Origin: a virus
Taxonomy: Duplodnaviria > Caudoviricetes
Reading direction: 5' to 3' (one strand)
Length of the DNA: 64,000 nucleotides
Virus record (IMG/VR): IMGVR_UViG_3300007177_000042
Of this stretch, positions 1-9,316 are shown piece by piece. The stretch's first letter is position 1, and each line of letters starts with the position of its first letter. The translations under genes and the position numbers were made by a program. The notes under the pieces were generated by a model that saw only the letters and a program-made list of their open reading frames with translations, had not been told where the DNA came from and made no database searches.

Positions 1-1
1 C

Positions 2-331
2 GTTGTTGCCTACATCAAGAACCAACTGGCCACCAACCCCGCTTGGGCTGCTAGGGCTATCGTCAAGTTGCACCAAATGCAGACCTTCGATGAGCAGAAC
101 AGCCAGACGACCAAAGAAAGCAACGGTGTTGGTTTCAACGGCACTGATGCTACTATCCTGAGCAGTTTTGCTGAACAAATCAATCGTGGTCGCACGCTCA
201 GTCCCAAGCAGTTGGCCATTGCTTTCAAGAAACTGCCCAAGTATAGCCGACAAGTGATTGGATTCATTCCTGCTGAGAAGTTGGCCGAGATTGAGGCTCA
301 AGTTGTCAAGAGTGAAGTGGCGACGGCCTAA
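2..331 (+). CDS. Conserved phage hypothetical protein, 5' partial
   Basis: Frame is open from the window edge (VVAYIKNQLATNPAWAARAIVKL...QTFDEQ...NGVGFNGTDA...LSPKQ); resembles a family common in large phages. Confidence 0.7.
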   Translation, partial: VVAYIKNQLATNPAWAARAIVKLHQMQTFDEQNSQTTKESNGVGFNGTDATILSSFAEQINRGRTLSPKQLAIAFKKLPKYSRQVIGFIPAEKLAEIEAQVVKSEVATA

Positions 332-403
332 CACAGTGGTTGACAAAAGTCAACCATTTTCTTCAGTGTTGACGTTTTCCGCGTTGGGTGATATAGTTGA
401 ATC

Positions 404-634
404 ATGATATTACTAAATCTGAATGAATTGTTGAAGTTTGCTCTTGACAGTGTTGTCAACTATGTTAGTACCATATTCCTTTTGTTTTTGTTGGGAGTGC
501 TTGCTGTAGGTCTGCTGACGCATCTTGCTGAAAAGATCGCCGGAGTTGTGGTGACCATCATCATGATTTCCCGCGGCCAAAGTGTGCAGGGTTTGCAGCA
601 ACAACAACAAGATGATGACAAAGATGAAGATTGA
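404..634 (+). CDS. Small membrane protein
   Basis: Hydrophobic core and acidic tail; upstream TTGACG...TATAGT promoter. Confidence 0.6.
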   Translation: MILLNLNELLKFALDSVVNYVSTIFLLFLLGVLAVGLLTHLAEKIAGVVVTIIMISRGQSVQGLQQQQQDDDKDED

Positions 635-674
635 CCGTTGACTTTTTGGAAAACCGTGATAGAGTGTCTTTGTT

Positions 675-902
675 ATGAACGACTACGAAGACGTTTGTTA
701 CGAGGACAGTGTGAGTTCCGAAACAGACGATTACCAGAGTCACGGATGGCCTGGTGACGGTAGCGGCGAGGATGACCTTGCTGACTACAATCAGAACGAG
801 GCAGACGACTATCGCCACGAAGGTGCTGAGGATAGTCACCTCGAAATGGAGTATGAGGACCGTAACGGTTGTGGGTATGAAGCCGACGGTTTCGACTACT
901 AA
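675..902 (+). CDS. Highly acidic small protein
   Basis: 26 of 75 residues are D/E, no Lys; own early promoter. Confidence 0.7.
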   Translation: MNDYEDVCYEDSVSSETDDYQSHGWPGDGSGEDDLADYNQNEADDYRHEGAEDSHLEMEYEDRNGCGYEADGFDY

Positions 903-958
903 CTCCAAACAATAAGGTTGGGTGTTATCCTTCTTCGAAAACACCACTCTATTTCTTT

Positions 959-1159
959 ATGAAGTGTCAACCTATTATCAGTGTTTTGCATCGTGAAAAC
1001 GACGAACTGTTCGTTATTTTCCGCGTGGGTGGATTGATGTTCAACTGGTGGACCAGTGTTCATGCCAAAAACACCTATGGAAAGGTATACATGAAACCAT
1101 ATGGCACGGTGTGGTTTGCACAACTTTACCGGCTGGAATTTGTTTATACCACGATTTGA
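959..1159 (+). CDS. Hypothetical protein
   Basis: ORF track; fits the early-gene array. Confidence 0.55.
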   Translation: MKCQPIISVLHRENDELFVIFRVGGLMFNWWTSVHAKNTYGKVYMKPYGTVWFAQLYRLEFVYTTI

Positions 1160-1197
1160 CCTCTTGACAGTTTGTAGAAACCTGATATTCTCTAACC

Positions 1198-1482
1198 ATG
1201 ATTGAATCTACTGTAGCAACATCTAACATCGACGATCTTGATCTGGAAGCTCTTGATGATGAACAGTTTCATCGAGAATTGACTGATATGGTGGCAACTT
1301 TGCCGGGATCCTCGAGCGAGGACATGCAGCGGTATGCTGACAAGATGAAAATGCTGGATGACATTCATATTGAAGTGTTTGGACCTCCCAAGCCGATTGA
1401 GTGGGATCATGATGACAGCATGGATTTCAAGTATGTTGAACCGTTTCAGGCATATCGATTGTCTGGTGGTTCTGCTTATTGA
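1198..1482 (+). CDS. Acidic hypothetical protein
   Basis: Early promoter TTGACA immediately upstream. Confidence 0.7.
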   Translation: MIESTVATSNIDDLDLEALDDEQFHRELTDMVATLPGSSSEDMQRYADKMKMLDDIHIEVFGPPKPIEWDHDDSMDFKYVEPFQAYRLSGGSAY

Positions 1483-1515
1483 CAACAACAACAAAATACA
1501 ATAAACTGATAGAGT

Positions 1516-1677
1516 ATGGGCAAGAGTTATCGACGCAACGACGAATACGGAAACAAGTATCGTGGTGCACGAAAGAGCAACAAGAAGATTGACAAGAATC
1601 GCAAGGTTCGGTCGTCATATGAAGTGAACGACGAAAACGATAATATGTGGATGCGAGCTGGACAATACGAAAACTAA
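1516..1677 (+). CDS. Small basic protein (53 aa, MGKSYRRNDEY...)
   Basis: ATG to TAA read by eye; below the ORF-track cutoff. Confidence 0.55.
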   Translation: MGKSYRRNDEYGNKYRGARKSNKKIDKNRKVRSSYEVNDENDNMWMRAGQYEN

Positions 1678-1717
1678 GTATTGACTTTCTCTAAAACCAA
1701 GATACACTGTCTTCACC

Positions 1718-1960
1718 ATGAAACTGAAGAAGATTAAGACCATCAGTGAGTTGGCGAATCTGGCACGAACCAACAAATACTATGAACAGCTTGCTATTGT
1801 GGCTGCTTCCAATTTGGGTGGTGGCAATTTGAGTTTGAATGAAGCTATCGATTGGTTGAAAACCAATGCCATGGAAACCAACGCATCGGGTGAAGTTGCT
1901 GACAGCGAATCAGGAGTGGTTGATGAAATCAACTTTTGTCGAGATTTGGTGAAGGCTTGA
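1718..1960 (+). CDS. Hypothetical protein
   Basis: Canonical early promoter geometry. Confidence 0.75.
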   Translation: MKLKKIKTISELANLARTNKYYEQLAIVAASNLGGGNLSLNEAIDWLKTNAMETNASGEVADSESGVVDEINFCRDLVKA

Positions 1961-1992
1961 CTTTCTCTAAAAGACTGATAAAGTTATTCGAC

Positions 1993-2244
1993 ATGAGACA
2001 CAAGTGGATTCGAATGAATTCGTCGTTGCCCAACCTGAACGTGTTGATGGTTGATGGCAAGGAAGCTGGGTTTATTGAAAAGCCCAAGGATACCAAGACA
2101 GATCGTAACGCATGGCGTGTTCATCTTGGTGTGGGTGATCGCAACAAGTTTGTTGGTCATCGGTGGTCCAAAGCGGATGCCCAGCGATTGCTTGAGAGTT
2201 TTTGTGTTGGTGGTGTTCGTGGTTTGAATTACGGTGTGAGATGA
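1993..2244 (+). CDS. Hypothetical protein
   Basis: Start moved to ATG 1993 to match the promoter geometry. Confidence 0.7.
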   Translation: MRHKWIRMNSSLPNLNVLMVDGKEAGFIEKPKDTKTDRNAWRVHLGVGDRNKFVGHRWSKADAQRLLESFCVGGVRGLNYGVR

Positions 2245-2315
2245 AGGTTATAGGTTTGCGGTGATCCTAATCAAAACCGCTTGACTTTCTGTAAAATGTG
2301 GATATTCTGTAACAC

Positions 2316-2582
2316 ATGGACATTTCAAGTAAGCAACCTGACTTTGTAAGCGATACGGGTGTGAAGTGGTACTTTGACACACATACCACAGAATATGCTA
2401 GAAGCGATAGTTTGAAGAGTAGTGGCAAAGGAATTGCTACAATTCGTTGTTATGTGGTAGTGTTTCCCAGCGGTGAAACCACAAGAGTGGTACTGGATAA
2501 CAACACCCCTATTTACGAAAGTACCAGTTTGGATGCAATTGGTTGTTTTTTGGATATGCTGAAACTTAGTTTACAGCATTGA
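2316..2582 (+). CDS. Hypothetical protein
   Basis: Early promoter and ORF. Confidence 0.7.
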   Translation: MDISSKQPDFVSDTGVKWYFDTHTTEYARSDSLKSSGKGIATIRCYVVVFPSGETTRVVLDNNTPIYESTSLDAIGCFLDMLKLSLQH

Positions 2583-2722
2583 TTTGAATTGACTTTCAGT
2601 CAAGATGCCTAGTTCTGTCTGCGGGGCTAACCGCTTTCTAGTGTAAGAAAACACCGATCCCCTTAAGGTTCAAATAGAAATGCATCTTGACTTTTTCTAA
2701 AACTTCGATACACTTCTACGTA

Positions 2723-3010
2723 ATGGAAACTGAAACCAAGAAGAAACGCAACAAAGCAGGTGCAAGCATTGTTTTGCCTGCTGATACATGGACGATGAAA
2801 CAGGCACATGCACTGAATCCAAGTGTGTGTCATGCAAGTGTTTATCATCGTGTCAAGTATCTTCAGAGTGAAGGCAAGGTGATTGTTTGTGGTTCGGTGC
2901 AGATTGGACGTGGCAAGCCTAGTTTGATGTATCGCATGGCAACTGAATCGGATGTGGTTGTTGCACAGGAAGTTGCTGAATCAAAACTTCCAGCTGATTT
3001 GCCTTTCTGA
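2723..3010 (+). CDS. Putative winged-helix DNA-binding protein
   Basis: ASVYHRVKYLQSEGKV...GRGKPSLMY resembles a wHTH recognition helix and wing; ATG 2723 fits the promoter. Confidence 0.5.
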   Translation: METETKKKRNKAGASIVLPADTWTMKQAHALNPSVCHASVYHRVKYLQSEGKVIVCGSVQIGRGKPSLMYRMATESDVVVAQEVAESKLPADLPF

Positions 3011-3050
3011 GGCTTGACTTTTTCTAAAGTTGTGAGATACTTATTTCAAT

Positions 3051-3170
3051 ATGAAACCGCAGGTTAAGATTCGCAAGAGTTGGGGAGTTACCAATCCAGT
3101 TACTCGGCGAGTTGAAAACAAGAAATCCTACAATCGCAAAGAGAAGTGGGGCAAAAACTGGGAAGACTAA
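3051..3170 (+). CDS. Small basic phage protein (39 aa)
   Basis: MKPQVKIRKSWGVTNPVTRRVENKKSYNRK; promoter upstream, terminator downstream. Confidence 0.65.
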   Translation: MKPQVKIRKSWGVTNPVTRRVENKKSYNRKEKWGKNWED

Positions 3171-3178
3171 CAACACAA

Positions 3179-3204
3179 GAGGAACGTCAGTTCCTCTTTT
3201 TTTT
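3179..3204 (+). terminator. Intrinsic terminator
   Basis: GAGGAAC-gtca-GTTCCTC followed by a T tract. Confidence 0.8.
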
Positions 3205-3433
3205 GTATGTCAATGGCGAATTAAAATTAAGCGCAAGGTTTTCTACTAAATATATTTATTTGCCATAAGCAAAAGCAAGCTGCTGCAGCAAAAGCAAGCA
3301 CCACAAGCAAAACAACCTCTTCAATATCAATAACAACCATAAGCAAAAGCAAGCGAAAACAAGCGCTGCAATATGGCAAAAGTATAAAAAGTCGCTTGAC
3401 GTTTTGTGAAAGTGTGGTAGATTGATCTTCGTT

Positions 3434-3679
3434 ATGACACTTCAACAGTTTCAAGATGCTTTCGCAATCGCCAAAGATTTCAACCGTGATTTGTCGGAGG
3501 TGGATAACAGCATTCTGTTTGGATATGGTTTGCCCGAGTTCAAGCCGGTGCATACGACGTTGGAAGCAGTTGCGAAGACCATCAGATGGCAAGCGCTTCA
3601 ATTCAACGGGCAATGGGATTCTGAGGCTTTGAATGAGATTGCTGAACTGGGAAGACGCAACTTCTTGGTGTTGGGTTGA
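3434..3679 (+). CDS. Hypothetical protein
   Basis: ATG 3434 fits the promoter. Confidence 0.7.
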   Translation: MTLQQFQDAFAIAKDFNRDLSEVDNSILFGYGLPEFKPVHTTLEAVAKTIRWQALQFNGQWDSEALNEIAELGRRNFLVLG

Positions 3680-3751
3680 AGTTGAAAAGGTTTGCGGTGA
3701 TCCTATAAAACCGCTTGACTTTTTCAACAAATCGAATACAGTAGTTGAACA

Positions 3752-3955
3752 ATGATACTTTCCACAGCAAAGTACGAAGCAGAGTGCTGGGCGACTGGTA
3801 AAACGAATGAGGAATTGCAAGAAGAAATCAACTACCTAGATTCGCTGTGGTCAATGAAACATCCTAATCCGTTTCCCAAAAACGCCCAGCACTCCTATTC
3901 ACGACTGTATACTCTTCAAGAAATTCTCAAAAGCCGGTTGACTTCTTCTAAATAA
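3752..3955 (+). CDS. Hypothetical protein
   Basis: Early promoter and ORF. Confidence 0.65.
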   Translation: MILSTAKYEAECWATGKTNEELQEEINYLDSLWSMKHPNPFPKNAQHSYSRLYTLQEILKSRLTSSK

Positions 3956-3986
3956 TCACTAGACTAACAACAACAATAATACATAA

Positions 3987-4211
3987 ATGAAAACATTCGT
4001 TACCGCTATCGTTACCGTCTTCGGTGTCATCGCATTCGTCATTCTTCTTTCAGCACTGTTTGCTCTGCCAGTTATGTGGCTGTGGAACTATGTGGTTCCT
4101 CATCAGTTTGGTTTGAAAGAGATTGACTTTCTTCACGCATGGGGTCTTAACGTGCTGTGTGGATTCATCTTCAAGAGTTCCTCCTATTCCAACAACAACA
4201 AGTCTAAGTAA
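3987..4211 (+). CDS. Small membrane protein
   Basis: Two hydrophobic segments. Confidence 0.7.
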   Translation: MKTFVTAIVTVFGVIAFVILLSALFALPVMWLWNYVVPHQFGLKEIDFLHAWGLNVLCGFIFKSSSYSNNNKSK

Positions 4212-4262
4212 CACTTGACTTTCTCTAAAACTCAGTTAGACTAACGTCCACAACAATAAATT

Positions 4263-4667
4263 ATGCCTAAGAACAAGAATCACAAGGAACGTATCACCCT
4301 CGACGACAGTATGATGGATGTCGTCATGAAGATGGCTGACGGCAATCCGGGTGCACTCACAGTTATCACGCGGTTGATTTCTGACAAGAATGATCCCGAC
4401 GATTGGGCTGGCGGATTTGGTAAACTGCTGAGTCTCGACTCCCACGGCATCTATGGTTCCAACATTTGGGTGTTGTTCAAGAACGTGTGTGACCAGAGCA
4501 TCTTGAATGTGGTGACTGTGCTTCGGGCAGTTCAGCTGGGACTTTACTCTGAACGTGATCTGTGGAATTGTATTGACAACTGCACTCCATTGGACTGTGA
4601 ACGGCTGCTGTCAAGTGTTCGTAAGGAACTGCCTCGATTTGGTAATGCTGAATCACAGACCGCTTGA
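4263..4667 (+). CDS. Conserved phage hypothetical protein
   Basis: KMADGNPGAL...LDSHGIYGSNIWVLFKNVC resembles a phage family. Confidence 0.7.
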   Translation: MPKNKNHKERITLDDSMMDVVMKMADGNPGALTVITRLISDKNDPDDWAGGFGKLLSLDSHGIYGSNIWVLFKNVCDQSILNVVTVLRAVQLGLYSERDLWNCIDNCTPLDCERLLSSVRKELPRFGNAESQTA

Positions 4668-4700
4668 CATTTCAAGAAAGTCTGATACTCTGTATTCACA

Positions 4701-4931
4701 ATGAATATGTTTCTTGCTTACATTCACAACAACGTCCTTGGTACATGTATCGCTTGTGCAGACGAATCACACGCCTTGGAATTGGTCAAGGATCGATTTA
4801 AGTTTGTCATTGGCCGTGACATGACGGAGAGTGAAGTTGCTGAGTTTGTAAACGATGGAACGATTTATAACGATGAAGACCACGATAATTTCCACAGCTG
4901 GTCTATCGGACTGGTCGAAAATTGGGGTTGA
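4701..4931 (+). CDS. Hypothetical protein
   Basis: Early promoter and ORF. Confidence 0.7.
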   Translation: MNMFLAYIHNNVLGTCIACADESHALELVKDRFKFVIGRDMTESEVAEFVNDGTIYNDEDHDNFHSWSIGLVENWG

Positions 4932-4996
4932 CTTTCTTCAAAACAACTAGTAAAGTAACAAAGTAATCGAAGTAACAACGTAATCGAACTAAAATT

Positions 4997-5416
4997 ATGA
5001 ATCGTATCAATCGAAAGTCGGGATTTACAATCGTTGAACTGTTGGTGGTGGTTGTCATCGTGTTTATTCTGTTTGGTATCATTGCTGGAACGGTAGGATC
5101 GTTGTTCGGAACCAGTGACGGCAAGCGTGTGGGTGTTCTAACCAAGTTTAGTCACCGGGGAGTGTTCATCAAGAGTTACGAAGGTGAACTGAACATGGGT
5201 GGGGTTCGAAATCATACTGACAGTGAAGGTCGCAGTTCGATGGTTGCCAACACCTGGCAGTTTAGTTGTTCGGATGCCCGAATTGCCAGACAGCTTGAGG
5301 ATTTGCTTGGCAAGGAAGTGGTTGTCAAGTATCACCAGAGTTTTCCCGGTCTGAGTCGAAGCACCAGTTACGATGTGGTGAGTGTGGAGGAAGTGAAGCC
5401 CGACAAGGGTAAGTGA
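4997..5416 (+). CDS. Prepilin-type N-terminal cleavage/methylation motif protein
   Basis: RKSG^FTIVELLVVVVIVFILFGII is a class III signal (G|F, E5) followed by a beta-rich soluble domain. Confidence 0.75.
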   Translation: MNRINRKSGFTIVELLVVVVIVFILFGIIAGTVGSLFGTSDGKRVGVLTKFSHRGVFIKSYEGELNMGGVRNHTDSEGRSSMVANTWQFSCSDARIARQLEDLLGKEVVVKYHQSFPGLSRSTSYDVVSVEEVKPDKGK

Positions 5417-5433
5417 TTACAAGACAACAAGAT

Positions 5434-5468
5434 GCCCACATGGACGAAAGTCTGTGTGGGTTTTTTGT
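5434..5468 (+). terminator. Intrinsic terminator
   Basis: CCCACA...TGTGGG hairpin with GAAA loop, then T tract. Confidence 0.75.
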
Positions 5469-5543
5469 TTGCAGTCAACAACACCGCGGAAAAAAACAAG
5501 TGGGGCTTGACTTTTGCCAAAAATGTGAGAAACTGTTTTCACA

Positions 5544-5675
5544 ATGAACGACGAAATCATGTTTCTTGCTACGGTGACGGTTGAAGAACTGGAAGGATAT
5601 GATCAGTATCTTGCTGAGTTGGAAGCGAAGCAGGATTTGGACATGATGCTCAATCAAATGGCTGGTGAGGCTTGA
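5544..5675 (+). CDS. Small acidic protein (43 aa)
   Basis: Promoter geometry; read by eye. Confidence 0.55.
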   Translation: MNDEIMFLATVTVEELEGYDQYLAELEAKQDLDMMLNQMAGEA

Positions 5676-5708
5676 CTTTCTGTAAAACTTTGATAAATTA
5701 TTGACCAC

Positions 5709-6068
5709 ATGAAGAAGAACATCATTCACGTTATTTATCCTGCTCAGACGACGATTGCTTTTGTTCATGAGTGTGATGAAACGGTGGAAACGATTCTGGA
5801 GTTGGTGTTTGGAATGTTCAACCACGGTTCGTGTCAAGAGACTGAACTGTTTCTCAAGTCCAAGATTCGTTCGTTGAGTGTCAACGACATTGTGTGTGTG
5901 AACGGGCGTTATTTTCAATGTGCTCCGGTTGGTTGGAATGAAGTGTCACCCGAGTATGTGACTCAGTTGGAAAAGGATGTGGCTAACGCTCCTATGACTT
6001 CGCTTCATGGTCCTTGGTTTGGATTGAGTGAAGTGATGTATGCTCGTCAAAAGGCTCAGTTGGTTTGA
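5709..6068 (+). CDS. Hypothetical protein (YodL-like stretch RSLSVNDIVCV)
   Basis: RSLSVxDIV...YFQCAPVGW is reminiscent of YodL-like domains. Confidence 0.5.
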   Translation: MKKNIIHVIYPAQTTIAFVHECDETVETILELVFGMFNHGSCQETELFLKSKIRSLSVNDIVCVNGRYFQCAPVGWNEVSPEYVTQLEKDVANAPMTSLHGPWFGLSEVMYARQKAQLV

Positions 6069-6180
6069 TGTTGACAAGGTTTACGGTAATCCTAAAAACC
6101 GTTTGAATCGTGGTTTTCCGCGGCTGACGATGTATGATGGGGCTTGACTTTTTCTAAAAAAAGTGTAGATTATATACACA

Positions 6181-6402
6181 ATGACTCCCGCTGAAGAATT
6201 AAATTCGATCTACGAACGCATTGGTGATGGCGAACCAATCACCGATGAATTGAGCGAACGAATTGAACTGCTGGAGAACATTGTCAATCCGAAGGTTGTT
6301 TATCGGTGTGAACCAGTTGAACCGGAAGGTTGTGGTTGCGATCATCCAAGTTATTGTTGGGACTGTGCAGCAATCCGTGGTGGTTGTCCGGAAGATGCTT
6401 GA
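6181..6402 (+). CDS. Cys-rich hypothetical protein
   Basis: C-terminal Cys cluster; promoter upstream. Confidence 0.65.
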   Translation: MTPAEELNSIYERIGDGEPITDELSERIELLENIVNPKVVYRCEPVEPEGCGCDHPSYCWDCAAIRGGCPEDA

Positions 6403-6435
6403 CTTTCTCTAAACTCCTGATAACCTTTACTCACA

Positions 6436-6825
6436 ATGAACGCTAACGATCTTGCTGTGTGTTTGATTCCTTCCAATTTGACGTGGTTCACCTTTAGTCA
6501 AAACAATAGCGGTGGACGGTTCACTGTGGATGACAAGGTGGATGCATATGTGATTATTCAGGCACCTGATGCTGATACCGCGAACCAATTGGCTGAACGT
6601 ATCGGTATCTACTTCAACGGTGTGGACGAGGGATACGACTGTGAGTGCTGTGGCGACCGATGGAGTTCGATGTACAGTGATGACTACGGAACCGATATGC
6701 CTAAGATTTACGGACATGAAGTTTCGTATTCGCCTGATGCTGTGATGACCAGTGTGTACCCGGGCGATACTTGGATAAAGATGGGTGTCAAGGTTTATCC
6801 TTACTCGGTGATCAGCAAGATGTAA
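6436..6825 (+). CDS. Conserved phage hypothetical protein
   Basis: FTFSQNNSGG...IGIYFNGVDEGYDCECCGDRW motif typical of a phage family. Confidence 0.75.
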   Translation: MNANDLAVCLIPSNLTWFTFSQNNSGGRFTVDDKVDAYVIIQAPDADTANQLAERIGIYFNGVDEGYDCECCGDRWSSMYSDDYGTDMPKIYGHEVSYSPDAVMTSVYPGDTWIKMGVKVYPYSVISKM

Positions 6826-6906
6826 CAACTTACAAGGTTTGCGGTGATCCTTCGCAGAAAACCGATTGACTTTCTTCAATTGTCTGTTATCTTGAAATCA
6901 CAACAT

Positions 6907-7284
6907 ATGACAAAGTACATCGTAACCGTAGACAGCAGTGGCGACCGGCGTTGGTACAACGAATTCGACCAACTTCACCGCACTGATGGTCCAGCTGTGG
7001 AATATGCTGATGGCACCAAGATTTGGTATCAAAATGACAAACGTCACCGCACTGATGGTCCAGCGGCGGAGTATGCCGATGGCACCAAGCGTTGGTATCT
7101 CAACGGCAAACGTCATCGTGACGATGGTCCTGCTATTGAGTATGTTAACGGAAACAAGTTTTGGTTCATTGAAGACCGTGAGCTGACAGAAGCTGAGTTT
7201 TTGAAGCGAACCAAGGCCAAGGCACCGTGTGAAGGCAGAACGGTTGAAGTGGATGGAGTGCGGTACAAGCTGGTTGCTGTGTAA
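6907..7284 (+). CDS. HRxDGPAxEYxDG repeat protein
   Basis: Three tandem repeats of about 22 aa (MORN-like); ATG 6907 fits the promoter. Confidence 0.8.
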   Translation: MTKYIVTVDSSGDRRWYNEFDQLHRTDGPAVEYADGTKIWYQNDKRHRTDGPAAEYADGTKRWYLNGKRHRDDGPAIEYVNGNKFWFIEDRELTEAEFLKRTKAKAPCEGRTVEVDGVRYKLVAV

Positions 7285-7358
7285 CCGCTGAAGAAGCCTT
7301 GGGGTGAGGATAAAAAGCCCCTTGACTTTCTGTAAAGTTCTGACATACTGATTTCACG

Positions 7359-7547
7359 ATGAAACACGAAAAGTGGGTTGATGTCAACGGAGTTACAGTC
7401 TACGAAACCGGCCGTCGCAGTTCCAAATTAGGTATCAACAAAGTGTTTCTCACCCGTGGTGAATTGATCGCCACAAAAGTGTTGTTGTCAGGCACCGTAA
7501 CCAAATACGGTACAACATTTATCGCTCCTTTCAAAAAGATTGTTTGA
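7359..7547 (+). CDS. Hypothetical protein
   Basis: Promoter geometry. Confidence 0.65.
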   Translation: MKHEKWVDVNGVTVYETGRRSSKLGINKVFLTRGELIATKVLLSGTVTKYGTTFIAPFKKIV

Positions 7548-7580
7548 CTTTCTCTAAACTGCTGATAGGATAGTTCCACA

Positions 7581-7739
7581 ATGATTAAGATTACATTCAC
7601 TGATTCGTCAACTGTTGTTGTCAAGCGAGTTGTTTTTTATCTTGTATACGGACGACCGGTGATTGGTGTTATCTACAATGATGGTGATGAACCGATTGTG
7701 CAATGTGTTGAAGAAGTGGAAAGTATTGAAGCTGCTTGA
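7581..7739 (+). CDS. Small hypothetical protein (52 aa)
   Basis: Promoter geometry; read by eye. Confidence 0.6.
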   Translation: MIKITFTDSSTVVVKRVVFYLVYGRPVIGVIYNDGDEPIVQCVEEVESIEAA

Positions 7740-7772
7740 CATTCTCTAAATTGCTGATACACTGTATCCACA

Positions 7773-8000
7773 ATGAAAAACGAAGATGTGGTTCGTATCT
7801 GTCGGAACATCATCACCGGACAGTATTACTTGGTTCGTGGTGAATGTAAGGATTTGTTTGACGAATACGACTATGTGGTAATTCGAAGGGATGATAAAGA
7901 CGACTATAAAGACCACTATGTACGCAAACATCTGTTTGACAGTTTTGAGAATGTATCGTATCGGATGTTCAAGAAACTTAACAAAGAAGCTGGGTTCTAG
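7773..8000 (+). CDS. Hypothetical protein
   Basis: Promoter geometry; TAG stop. Confidence 0.7.
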   Translation: MKNEDVVRICRNIITGQYYLVRGECKDLFDEYDYVVIRRDDKDDYKDHYVRKHLFDSFENVSYRMFKKLNKEAGF

Positions 8001-8041
8001 TTGACTTTCGATAAAACTGTGATACATTGATTTCAGATTTC

Positions 8042-8116
8042 GGGATCGTAGCTCAGTGGTAGAGCAGTGGTCTTTTAAACCATTGGTCGTGGGTTCAAGT
8101 CCCACCGGTCCCACCA
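8042..8116 (+). tRNA. tRNA-Lys(UUU)
   Basis: Canonical cloverleaf, loop CTTTTAA, CCA. Confidence 0.95.
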
Positions 8117-8122
8117 CTTTTA

Positions 8123-8750
8123 GAATTCATCAGGTTGCCGAATACGAGGCTTAATCTGAAAGGACGATGAGTCTGATGAATTCTTGATTTACAGATTGTT
8201 GTCCGCGTGGATATGGTACGAACGTGGACTCACGAAGCGAGGCGGCCCCAAATCGACAACAATCTGTTAAGGTTTGCGGTGATCCTAATCAAAACCGCTT
8301 GACTTTCTTCACAGAAGTTCTTTACAAGTCAGAAAAGTCTGATAAGATATTTTCAGTTGATGAGGCTATAGACAATCCGTTGGGAAATAAAGCAGAGAAA
8401 TGACGGGACTCTGCCATCAACCTATAATTTTCAGTGGAAAATAACCGGAAGTAATGTACCGGGCCTCCACAAGGAGGTGAGATACGTAGTCATCGTGTAT
8501 CCACTGACAGCTAACTCAGAGAGTGCCAGTCAATAGATGCCGAGCATGGGGCGACTGGTAATGCCGCTGAGGAAATGGAGAACCAGACCTGCTGTTCAAA
8601 GAATGAAAACTGGATCACTTTTAACCAAGCAATAGAGATTAGCTACTCGAAAACAGTCAAAAGTTGTACTGATAACAGCGTTGCAGGCGGCCTGTAAAAT
8701 AATGTACGCAAACGGAAACAGATGAACAATGACTTTTTTGCTTGGTTGTA
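8123..8750 (+). ncRNA. Cluster of stem-closed structured RNAs (unknown)
   Basis: Terminal helices GAATTCATCAG/CTGATGAATTC (8123-8183), ACAGATTGTTGTC/GACAACAATCTGT (8191-8267), GTTGATG/CATCAAC, TCAGTGGA/TCCACTGA, AACCAAGCAA/TTGCTTGGTT (8623-8747); no plausible + strand ORF. Confidence 0.55.
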
Positions 8751-8762
8751 TTTTTGAAAGCA

Positions 8763-8912
8763 TAGCAAGATAACAGATAGACGCCGAACCTGTTGGTTGT
8801 AAAAGGTGACGCACACCGCCGTCGCGGGGGTCCACGTTCAATTCGTGGTAGGTTCGTAGGGAACATACGGCCATCCTTAAATGGAGAGTCGGTGAAATCC
8901 TGAAACTTGCTA
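8763..8912 (+). ncRNA. wwAGA/GAAC/GTGAAATC motif RNA, copy 1
   Basis: TAGCAAG/CTTGCTA outer helix; CAG-ATAGA-[CGAACCT...AGGTTCG]-GAAC-[...]-GTGAAATC-CTG. Confidence 0.65.
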
Positions 8913-8949
8913 TTGACTTTCTCTAAAACTCTGATAAGGTAGATTCACA

Positions 8950-9108
8950 ATGATTGAGATTATCCGTAATCCGTTGACAAAGTTGTCACTTCTCAGCAAC
9001 ATTTGGATTGAAGATGGTATGTTGTTTCACATCCTCATTCCACATGACACAGAACAAATCGAATTGTTGACTGACAATGAGATTGGTCAATATATGGGCG
9101 GCAATTAA
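8950..9108 (+). CDS. Small hypothetical protein (52 aa)
   Basis: Promoter geometry. Confidence 0.6.
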   Translation: MIEIIRNPLTKLSLLSNIWIEDGMLFHILIPHDTEQIELLTDNEIGQYMGGN

Positions 9109-9316
9109 AAAGTTGTTGACTTCATGATCTTTCGTTGGTACAGACAATGGAAATGTAGTCGTGGAAACCACGAATTGGTGTCTGGTTATGTGCCTACCAA
9201 CAACCCTTTGGCACTAGATCGTGAAGTCAAGTGTGTGCATTGTTCATTCAAAAAAATCGTTGGTAGACAATACTTCTTCGATTGACTTTCAGTAAACCAC
9301 TGATAGGATAATCATC

